Assembly (NCBI GenBank): GCA_001770205.1
Contig: MEQL01000056.1
Span: 1-64,000, forward strand
Reading direction: 5' to 3'
Length of the DNA: 64,000 nucleotides
DNA from: Bdellovibrionales bacterium RIFOXYD12_FULL_39_22
GTDB taxonomy: Bacteria; Bdellovibrionota; Bacteriovoracia; Bacteriovoracales; Bacteriovoracaceae
Shown here in pieces: positions 56,750-64,000 of this stretch. Both the position numbers and the translations under genes were made by a program. The stretch's first letter is position 1, and each line of letters opens with the position of its first letter. The notes beneath the pieces were generated by a model. It ran no database searches and was not told the DNA's origin. It saw only the letters and a list, made by a program, of their open reading frames with translations.

Positions 56750-57919
56750 ATGGTTATGAGCGGAGATTACATTTTTACATCAGAATCGGTAACAGAAGGT
56801 CATCCAGATAAAATTGCTGATCAAATTTCAGATACAATTCTAGACGCCATGTTAAAGGAAGATGCAAATTCTCGTGTAGCGTGTGAAACTATGATGGCAA
56901 CAGGTCTGGCCATCGTATCTGGGGAAATCCGCACCAAGTCATATGTCGACATTCAAAAAGTTATAAGGGAAAAAATTATTGATATTGGCTATGATCACTC
57001 GGATAAGGGTTTTGATGGGCATTCCTGTTCGGTACTTGTTTCTATTCATGAACAATCTTCTGATATCGCTCAAGGTGTTGATGAAGTCGGAGGAGAACAT
57101 GAACAAGGTGCCGGAGATCAGGGAATGATGTTTGGTTACGCTATCAAAGAAGCGGATAATTTTATGCCATACACCATAGATTTTTCACATAAATTAGCAC
57201 AGCGACTATCTTATGTACGCAAAAATAATATTATGCCGCTATTGCGTCCAGATGGAAAAACCCAAGTATCTGCTGTTTATGAAAATGACAAAATGAAGCG
57301 CATTGAGGCCATTGTAGTTTCTTCTCAACATGCATCAGAGATGACCCAGAAACAGATTCGAGAAGGGATTATGGAGACGGTTATTAAGGAGGTAGTACCT
57401 TCAAATTTGATTGATAATAAAACTAAAATTTTTATCAATCCAACGGGCCGTTTTGTTATTGGTGGGCCAATGGGAGATTGCGGATTAACCGGACGCAAAA
57501 TTATTGTTGATACTTACGGTGGACATGGAAGTCACGGAGGTGGAGCATTCTCTGGAAAAGATCCTTCCAAGGTGGATAGGTCAGCAGCATACGCCGCAAG
57601 ACATGTAGCAAAAAATATTGTCGCCGCAGGCCTTGCTGATCGCGCATTAGTGCAGGTAGCTTATGCTATTGGGATAGCAGAGCCAGTATCTTTTATGGTG
57701 AATACTTTTGGTACGGAGAGATATCCTATTGCTAAGATTAATGCTGCCATTAATAAAGTATTTAATATGAAACCCAAAGCGATTATCACTAGACTAAACC
57801 TTTTGCGGCCAATTTATGCTGAAACTGCGGCATATGGCCATTTTGGAAGAACATCAGAGCATGGCTTTACTTGGGAAAAATTAGATAAGGTAGAAGAATT
57901 AAAATCATTGATAAAATAG
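56750..57919 (+). CDS. metK: S-adenosylmethionine synthetase
   Basis: [52 protein letters not shown]. Confidence 0.98.
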   Translation: MVMSGDYIFTSESVTEGHPDKIADQISDTILDAMLKEDANSRVACETMMATGLAIVSGEIRTKSYVDIQKVIREKIIDIGYDHSDKGFDGHSCSVLVSIHEQSSDIAQGVDEVGGEHEQGAGDQGMMFGYAIKEADNFMPYTIDFSHKLAQRLSYVRKNNIMPLLRPDGKTQVSAVYENDKMKRIEAIVVSSQHASEMTQKQIREGIMETVIKEVVPSNLIDNKTKIFINPTGRFVIGGPMGDCGLTGRKIIVDTYGGHGSHGGGAFSGKDPSKVDRSAAYAARHVAKNIVAAGLADRALVQVAYAIGIAEPVSFMVNTFGTERYPIAKINAAINKVFNMKPKAIITRLNLLRPIYAETAAYGHFGRTSEHGFTWEKLDKVEELKSLIK

Positions 57920-57956
57920 TTTTACTGCACCTATGGCCATTGATACTATTGTTTAG

Positions 57957-58187
57957 ATGGATGTTTTCTATTTCATATTAAGATATACACCTTTTTGGGC
58001 CGTACCCCTGGGACTGATAGGATTTGAATTTGCCTATGTTTATTGGCTTAAGTCCTATAAGAAGATGTCCCTGGCAAATGCCTTTGTCTGTTTTGTATGT
58101 ATTCTTTTTTTGTCTTACTACTATTGGGCAGGGGGGCCAGATAAATCGATTAGCACCTTTAAGCACTTAATACGCTTAACCGAGTAG
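57957..58187 (+). CDS. small two-TM membrane protein (76 aa)
   Basis: Two hydrophobic helices; fills the intergenic gap; promoter-like sequence directly upstream. Confidence 0.65.
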   Translation: MDVFYFILRYTPFWAVPLGLIGFEFAYVYWLKSYKKMSLANAFVCFVCILFLSYYYWAGGPDKSISTFKHLIRLTE

Positions 58188-58221
58188 TTTGCTACAGATT
58201 GATTTTGAAAGAATTTTCCTA

Positions 58222-58239
58222 GTGTCTAAAAATTGACAC
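58222..58239. promoter_or_regulatory. palindromic operator GTGTC-N8-GACAC (FleQ-box-like)
   Basis: GTGTCTAAAAATTGACAC about 85 nt upstream of the sigma54 activator gene. Confidence 0.5.
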
Positions 58240-58323
58240 CCATCCAGTCATTAGCTAAAATTTTAAATGTACTCTACCCTTTTTCTCAAATTAAAGGGAA
58301 ATGAACTAAGCTGAGATGTATCG

Positions 58324-59880
58324 TTGAATGAGATAAATTTTATACATGACTCGTTTAAAAAAGAAAGCGCAAGTAAAGATAGTACTTGTGCGCTGCCAAA
58401 AATATATCTGGTAGACGATGATGTAGTTTTAGGAAAAGCAATTTTAAGATTTTTACAGAAAAAATTAAATTGTGATGTCATATTTTTTAAATCTCCCACT
58501 GAATTTTTAGAAGGAATTGGACACATTCCTCCAGGTGAAACTTTTGTTTTGCTAACGGATATTGCTTTTGAAAATAGCGGAGCAGACGGGTTACTTCTTA
58601 TTGATATTTTGCGCGAAAAAAATTACTCCTTTTTAAGTATAGTGATGACCGGTTTTGCCTCCGTAAAAACTGCTATTCAGGCCACCAAAAAAGGTGTGTT
58701 ACATTATTTAACCAAACCCTTTGATTTAGATAACTTGGTAGATATCTTAGTTCAATCTATTAATTCAAAATTGGAATTTTCCCGGGAACAATTGATCGCC
58801 TTGGGCCAAAATGGGACAGAGAAAAATGGTGGAGGCAACAGGCCAAGTTTTATTCATCGAAAGTTTGAAGTTGAAGCACCAAGTAAGGAAGATTGTTTTG
58901 AAAAGATGATTGGCCGTTCTCCTAAAATGAAAGAGGTTTTTGAACGCATAAAAAAAATTGCGAATTCTGATTCTACAGTTTTGATCACAGGTGAATCTGG
59001 TACTGGCAAGGAACTAGTTGCTCGAGCAATCCATTCGTTATCGTCCAAAGGCCAGCAGCGAATGGTGGCAGTGAATTGTAGTGCTATTCCGAGCGAGCTT
59101 TTAGAAAGTGAACTTTTTGGGCACACTAAAGGTTCGTTCACTGGGGCGATTTCAAATAGGATTGGGCGATTTGAGTTGGCGAATAATAGTTCAGTTTTTC
59201 TAGATGAAATTGGTGACATGCCACTTTTATTACAAGTAAAAATTTTGCGCGCCATTCAGAATCGGGAAATTGAACCAGTCGGCTCGTCGGCCACTGTTAG
59301 TTTTAATGCTCGAATTATTACTGCTACTCATAAAAATCTTGAACAGGCGGTTGCTGCCGGCGATTTTCGAGAGGATTTGTATTATAGGCTTAACGTTATA
59401 CCACTAAAAATTCCTCCTCTACGCGAGAGGCGTGAAGATATTCCGCTGCTTGTTTCTTTTTTCCTTTCTAAGTTTGTAAGTGCAGATGGACGGAATAAAA
59501 TCGAATTTACGGAAGATGCCCTGTCAACTTTGATTGGCCACAACTGGCCTGGAAATGTACGAGAGTTAGAAAATTTGATTGAAAGACTGGTTATTTTAAA
59601 AGGCGGAAGCGTTGTTAAAATCTCTGATTTACCTGCTAAATTTTTTCAATCGCGGCCGGAAACGGCCATCACTTACAAGAGTATTGTACAACTACCAAAT
59701 GAAGGGTTGGATCTCAAAGATATCTTATCTGAAATCGAGGACTCCCTGATTTTGCAAGCTCTAGATCGAACGAATGGAAATAAAAATCAGGCATCGAAGC
59801 TTTTGCGCTTAAATCGAACGACCTTGATCGAAAAGATGAAAAAAAAGAATTTAGGAGGGGAGGATCTTCTAACTGAGTAA
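58324..59880 (+). CDS. sigma54-dependent response regulator (REC-AAA+-Fis HTH), FleQ/FlrA/AtoC-like
   Basis: LVDDD..D..T..KP receiver; GESGTGKE, ESELFGH.KGSFTGA, FLDEIG, FREDLYYRLNV, WPGNVREL; HTH LNRTTLIEKMKK. Confidence 0.93.
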   Translation: MNEINFIHDSFKKESASKDSTCALPKIYLVDDDVVLGKAILRFLQKKLNCDVIFFKSPTEFLEGIGHIPPGETFVLLTDIAFENSGADGLLLIDILREKNYSFLSIVMTGFASVKTAIQATKKGVLHYLTKPFDLDNLVDILVQSINSKLEFSREQLIALGQNGTEKNGGGNRPSFIHRKFEVEAPSKEDCFEKMIGRSPKMKEVFERIKKIANSDSTVLITGESGTGKELVARAIHSLSSKGQQRMVAVNCSAIPSELLESELFGHTKGSFTGAISNRIGRFELANNSSVFLDEIGDMPLLLQVKILRAIQNREIEPVGSSATVSFNARIITATHKNLEQAVAAGDFREDLYYRLNVIPLKIPPLRERREDIPLLVSFFLSKFVSADGRNKIEFTEDALSTLIGHNWPGNVRELENLIERLVILKGGSVVKISDLPAKFFQSRPETAITYKSIVQLPNEGLDLKDILSEIEDSLILQALDRTNGNKNQASKLLRLNRTTLIEKMKKKNLGGEDLLTE

Positions 59881-59919
59881 TTTTAGGAGATAGTAAAAAT
59901 AGTCCATCAGATAAACAGC

Positions 59920-59948
59920 TTGTATAAAAATTTATTGCCCGGTAGAAT
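59920..59948 (+). promoter_or_regulatory. sigma70 promoter of the spoIID-amidase pair
   Basis: TTGTAT-N17-TAGAAT. Confidence 0.55.
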
Positions 59949-60020
59949 ATAGTGGAAGGTTAGCAATACGCATGAGGCGTATTTTGGTTTCGAGACAGAT
60001 CCAAGGATTGGAGTAGTTGT

Positions 60021-61223
60021 TTGAAACTCTTTTTGTTTTTATTTGTGGCAATTATTTACGGACAGATTTTTTTTCCGATCGCTTTTTCAGCGACTCCTTC
60101 CAAGTTTTTATATAAGGCCTCTAAAATTCCAATCATAAAAGTTATGGTAGGGAAAAATTTAAAAGACGTTGAGATTATAGGCACTGATATTACAAGAAAA
60201 AATTACTTAAAAAAAACATTATCAAATTTTGATGGACGTAAAAAAGTTTATTATAGCTGCAGCAAGTATTTAGGAAAAGAGTCCTATCGCTCGGAATCGA
60301 TATTATTGGCATCGCTAAAATCAAAAACAGGCCTATTATCGTTTGATAATAAAAAATATAGCGGAAATCTCATTGTATCATTGGGGCCCAAGGAACAGCG
60401 CTGTGATCTAATTAATGAGCTGTCGTTAGAAGAATATATTTCATTATTGCTCCCCAAGGAAATGAATGGAGCATGGCCAGTGGAGGCACTTAAGGCACAG
60501 GCAGTAGCGGCCAGGACGTATGCTCTTTATAAGATGGGGCAGAGAAAAAGTGCTGCCTCTGAAGATGCTTTGTTTGATCTTGAAAATTCTGAAAAAGATC
60601 AGGTCAATGGAACGTTTTTTGATCTTACCCCCAATGCTCTGGCCGCGGCCAAACAGACGGAGGGAGAGATATTAAAAACGGATGATAGCGAAGATATTAC
60701 CCCTATATTTTTTCATGCTAAATGCGGAGGAAAGACAATTTTACCAGGACAAGTTTGGGGAAATGAGGTTCCTGGATATGTTGGTGTTGAGTGTAAAAAC
60801 TGTGAAAAACATGCTGATCCATATTGGACTTCAAAAATAGAAAAAATAAGGATGATTAAATTTTTTCGATGGTTAATTAAGCAAGAATTGATTCCGGAAG
60901 TCGATCTATCGTCGATGGACAAAGAACAATTTATGTTAGCGCCAGATAGATATAAAAATAACAGCTTCAGAATCTATTTGGGTGATAGTGTTTTTGTATT
61001 ATCTAAAACATGGCCTCGGCGTTATTTTGGTAGAGTTATTTTCCCTTCTAATAACTATTATATCAAATATGATACAGAAGAATTTTTGATCACGGGAAGA
61101 GGAAATGGCCACGGAGTGGGAATGTGTCAATTGGGGGCATTGGATATGGCGCAAAAAGGAATGGATTACAAAAAAATTCTTGCCAAATATTTCCCTCACC
61201 ATAAACTTGTAAAATTATATTAA
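60021..61223 (+). CDS. SpoIID/LytB-domain lytic transglycosylase
   Basis: LEEYI...EM...WP.EALKAQAVAARTYA, FHAKCGG.T, GRGNGHGVGMCQ.GA..MA..G..Y..IL..YFP. Confidence 0.92.
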   Translation: MKLFLFLFVAIIYGQIFFPIAFSATPSKFLYKASKIPIIKVMVGKNLKDVEIIGTDITRKNYLKKTLSNFDGRKKVYYSCSKYLGKESYRSESILLASLKSKTGLLSFDNKKYSGNLIVSLGPKEQRCDLINELSLEEYISLLLPKEMNGAWPVEALKAQAVAARTYALYKMGQRKSAASEDALFDLENSEKDQVNGTFFDLTPNALAAAKQTEGEILKTDDSEDITPIFFHAKCGGKTILPGQVWGNEVPGYVGVECKNCEKHADPYWTSKIEKIRMIKFFRWLIKQELIPEVDLSSMDKEQFMLAPDRYKNNSFRIYLGDSVFVLSKTWPRRYFGRVIFPSNNYYIKYDTEEFLITGRGNGHGVGMCQLGALDMAQKGMDYKKILAKYFPHHKLVKLY

Positions 61224-62026
61224 TGGTATTTCATAAAATGATTTTAACTAAGCTGTTCAATATTGTTATTTTACTTTTGGTTTTTGCCAAGCAGATTCGT
61301 GCCGACGAATATACTGTATTAATTGATCCAGGCCACGGCGGTGAGGATAATGGCGCTACTGCCATAGTGGGCGAAAGGGTTATTAATAAAAAAAAATTTG
61401 CTGATTATGTATTTGAAAAAAATTTCACACTGGAAATATCGCAATTAGTACAAGCGAAGCTTAAGGACAAAAAATACAAGGCTTATTTGACTCGTAGCTT
61501 TGATCGGACGGTCACGCTTCAAGAGCGGGCGGCGATGGCCGAAAAATTGAATCCAGATCTTATAATTTCCATACATATTAATTCTAGCGAAAGTAAGGCA
61601 TCTCACGGAATTGAAACCTATTATCTTGATAACCATAGTGATTTGGTAGTGAAAAAAGTCGAAGAAATTGAAAATAAAAATCTTACAGGGGAAGATCTTG
61701 TTGTTCAGCAGATCATCATTGATTTGGTTATTGAGCGCACTGGAAAAAGCTCTCAACGTTTATCCAATTTTGTTCATAATGAAATTATTAAAAAAATTGG
61801 CAGAAATTACAAAATGACAGATAGGGGTGCCCGTCCAGGATTATTTTATGTCTTGGCGTTATCTAAACGTCCAGGAATTTTACTTGAGGCCGGATTTATG
61901 TCTAATCCAGAAGAGTTGGCCAAGATGAGTTCAAAAAAATTTAAAGATGATTATGCGAACGCTATTGTGGCCGGAATCGATCGTTATTTTTTCGGTGGGC
62001 CAAGCAGCTCACTGCCATTGCTTTGA
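61223..62026 (+). CDS. N-acetylmuramoyl-L-alanine amidase (Amidase_3, AmiC-like)
   Basis: IDPGHGGED.GA, EK, LTR..D....L.ER, SIHIN, FYVL, LLEAGFMSN. Confidence 0.93.
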   Translation: MVFHKMILTKLFNIVILLLVFAKQIRADEYTVLIDPGHGGEDNGATAIVGERVINKKKFADYVFEKNFTLEISQLVQAKLKDKKYKAYLTRSFDRTVTLQERAAMAEKLNPDLIISIHINSSESKASHGIETYYLDNHSDLVVKKVEEIENKNLTGEDLVVQQIIIDLVIERTGKSSQRLSNFVHNEIIKKIGRNYKMTDRGARPGLFYVLALSKRPGILLEAGFMSNPEELAKMSSKKFKDDYANAIVAGIDRYFFGGPSSSLPLL

Positions 62027-62062
62027 TTATTACCAAAACAGCAGGAATTCACAGACGCTAAT

Positions 62063-62647
62063 TTAAGGAATTCTAAAAAAGGTTGTGATGGCCTGGCCTT
62101 GAGGATAATAAATACTACCCGAGTTGTATTGATCGGCCAGTAAGATTGTATCTTGGGCAGCGTCTACGCTGCTGAAGCTTTTTGTTGTATGACTATACAA
62201 AACTATGCCATAGGGAGCGGTAAATTGGCTGTAGTGTCTTCCCGGTTTAAGTAGTACTCCGTAGGAACACATGGATAGGATTACGTTGTAACCGTTAGAT
62301 TGTCTGGTAACAATCATTAGATCATTAAACACGCTCATGCCAACGTATGTTTGCGCAACAGTTCCACTTAAGCGTCCAGCGATAAAAGGCCCCATGATGG
62401 TAGTATCGCTAGCAACAGAACTTGTATAAAAAGGGATATCAAACCTTGAACCACCTTGACATGGGTAGCGAGTTTTAAGTTGGTTGATGTCGGCACTAAC
62501 GGTAGCATTGGTGCCATAAGTAGTTCCATTTGTCACTGCATCGCGAGTGGAGGTGGCCGTAGAGGCCGTATTATTTTCTCCGCCACAGGAGAAAAGGCCA
62601 AGCAGCATAATCAAAGTTATGATCATTTTAAACAGAAGGTGCTTCAT
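62063..62647 (-). CDS. hypothetical lipoprotein
   Basis: SD AAGGAG, lipobox LFSC, Thr/Ser-rich linker. Confidence 0.78.
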   Translation of the reverse strand: MKHLLFKMIITLIMLLGLFSCGGENNTASTATSTRDAVTNGTTYGTNATVSADINQLKTRYPCQGGSRFDIPFYTSSVASDTTIMGPFIAGRLSGTVAQTYVGMSVFNDLMIVTRQSNGYNVILSMCSYGVLLKPGRHYSQFTAPYGIVLYSHTTKSFSSVDAAQDTILLADQYNSGSIYYPQGQAITTFFRIP

Positions 62648-62882
62648 ACAGATCTCCTTAAAAGTGCCATATTTTTTTCATTTTATTGGCATTACTGCAC
62701 AGTCGACACTTTCTAGTTTGCCTTTTTTTGCCGATACAAGCGGCCGGCAACTGTCAACTTCTCGGTAAAAAGTAACGAAATGTTTAGGAGTGTAAAAAAA
62801 TATTATAATAATGAGGTAAATATTCCCGAAAGTATCCAATAATGCTGCCTGAAAACAGATAAGCCATTGAATTGATTTGTAC

Positions 62883-64000
62883 TCATTTGGCCGGGACTAG
62901 TGCCTTTATAAAGCTATCTAAACCATCTCCTTGCAGCTCGCATTTAGATTGCCCACAAATTTGCCAACGATCTCCTTCTTTGTTTTCATGATAATTAAAG
63001 ACAAAGCGAGGTAGAAAATAAGTTAAAAAATTCAAAAAAGTTTCTTGTTTTAACCATGTTTTTGGAATGGATAAAACTTTGAAGGCATCATCAGGATAGG
63101 TGAAGGTGCGCAAGGCCTCTCCAGAGTTGAGAGGGTTTTTTAAACAGGCATGGGTTGTGCGTTCGAAGAGGGACTCAGATTGAGATGTCAATTCTGGGGC
63201 ATTAAAAAGGAGAGCACTTTTTCTGGCCAAGAAAAGTAGGACCGATAATGGGGAGCGGTATGAATTATCAAAAGAGTGTAAGCGTTGATTAGGATAATTT
63301 TCATGGCCGCTAAGCTCAACTGGCCGAGTAAAGCAATTATCTTCTGCTAAGTATTTGTTCAGGATATGTTTTATGATACTGAATACTCGTGATTTATATT
63401 GGTCCTCACCAGTTAACTCATAGGCCCGTAGCTGATAATCTGCATAGAAGATATAATCTTCCACATAGGGAATTCCGCGTTCGATAGTGGTGACGTGGTT
63501 TATTGTCTCTCCATTTACCAAAAAATTATTATCGAGCTTATCTGCTGCTTGGTCAAAAATAGTTCGGGCCATTTTTTTTATTGCATCAATTTTACAATAT
63601 TGAATGACATCACAAAGTGCCGACATGATAAGGAAATTATGCCCAGCAACTCCTTTCGTATCTGTTTTGGGAGGGAGTCGTCCTTTTCTGGCATGGGCCA
63701 GGGCCTGACGTGTTTTGCGAACCAGTGTCCAGCCGTCTGCAGTAAAAAATTCCTCTCGATGCTTCCAATCCAGACTTATAATATTTAATTTGGAATGGAA
63801 GTTTCCTTTTTCAGAAATTTTATGCCAACGCTTAATTTTTTCCATATTTTTATTCAAAAAATCCTCTTGATTGTCGGGAGAATTATTCATAGCATCTTCA
63901 AATTCTTCTTCCGAAAAAGTAAAGTATAGGCCTTCAATTCCTTCAGAGTCGGCACTTTGATTGCTGAAAAAATAACCGCGATCTTCATCAAACATTTCGT
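62883..64000 (-). CDS. C-terminal part of a DUF255/YyaL (thioredoxin plus six-hairpin) protein; 5' end lies outside the window
   Basis: GYFFS.QSADSEG.EG.YF, GNF, R..R.PP.TD.K, EDY, QICG...C tail. Confidence 0.8.
   Translation of the reverse strand, partial: EMFDEDRGYFFSNQSADSEGIEGLYFTFSEEEFEDAMNNSPDNQEDFLNKNMEKIKRWHKISEKGNFHSKLNIISLDWKHREEFFTADGWTLVRKTRQALAHARKGRLPPKTDTKGVAGHNFLIMSALCDVIQYCKIDAIKKMARTIFDQAADKLDNNFLVNGETINHVTTIERGIPYVEDYIFYADYQLRAYELTGEDQYKSRVFSIIKHILNKYLAEDNCFTRPVELSGHENYPNQRLHSFDNSYRSPLSVLLFLARKSALLFNAPELTSQSESLFERTTHACLKNPLNSGEALRTFTYPDDAFKVLSIPKTWLKQETFLNFLTYFLPRFVFNYHENKEGDRWQICGQSKCELQGDGLDSFIKALVPAK

Noticed and set aside
1631..63788. Many 60-200-aa ORFs antisense or frame-shifted within long genes (e.g. 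4496..4987, 9749..10291, 45361..45951)
   Set aside because: They lie inside well-supported CDSs and show no motifs or SD; treated as shadow ORFs.
1..64000. CRISPR arrays, rRNA, transposases, retron/RT or toxin-antitoxin genes
   Set aside because: No regularly spaced repeats or recognisable motifs were found by eye.

Overview
A 64-kb, AT-rich (roughly 38-40% GC by eye), gene-dense bacterial chromosome segment. The gene repertoire suggests Bdellovibrionota (Bacteriovoracales/Oligoflexia-like); this is inference, not a database result. Left to right: an XRE regulator and att-like DNA downstream of tRNA-Gly(GCC), probably the edge of an integrated element; kamA; a DEDDh exonuclease-WYL fusion; lpdA; a GNAT; topB; DUF4438; a 7-gene anaerobic-type operon (2-oxoacid:ferredoxin oxidoreductase delta/alpha/beta-gamma, a 418-aa unknown protein, Fe-ADH, D-2-hydroxyacid dehydrogenase, LarA-like protein); secreted endonuclease I; two consecutive TldD/TldE pairs; an accessory block of secreted Cys-rich proteins (~1,830-aa lipoprotein, pilin-like protein) facing a beta-barrel plus EF-hand-like lipoprotein pair; ddl and thrS; a TPR-wHTH regulator; rimI-rimP-nusA-infB-rbfA-truB; glyQS; peptidoglycan recycling/remodelling genes (serine hydrolase, mpl, SleB-like protein, SpoIID, amidase); metK; a FleQ-like sigma54 activator. 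No rRNA, CRISPR array or transposase was seen. The most striking unexplained signals are (i) window-wide hyper-abundance of the palindrome GGCC, (ii) the giant Cys-rich lipoprotein/pilin locus with a possible LecA-like lectin domain and a sigma28-type promoter, and (iii) the anaerobic 2-oxo/2-hydroxy-acid operon built around an uncharacterised protein. All domain calls come from reading motifs by eye; no searches were run.
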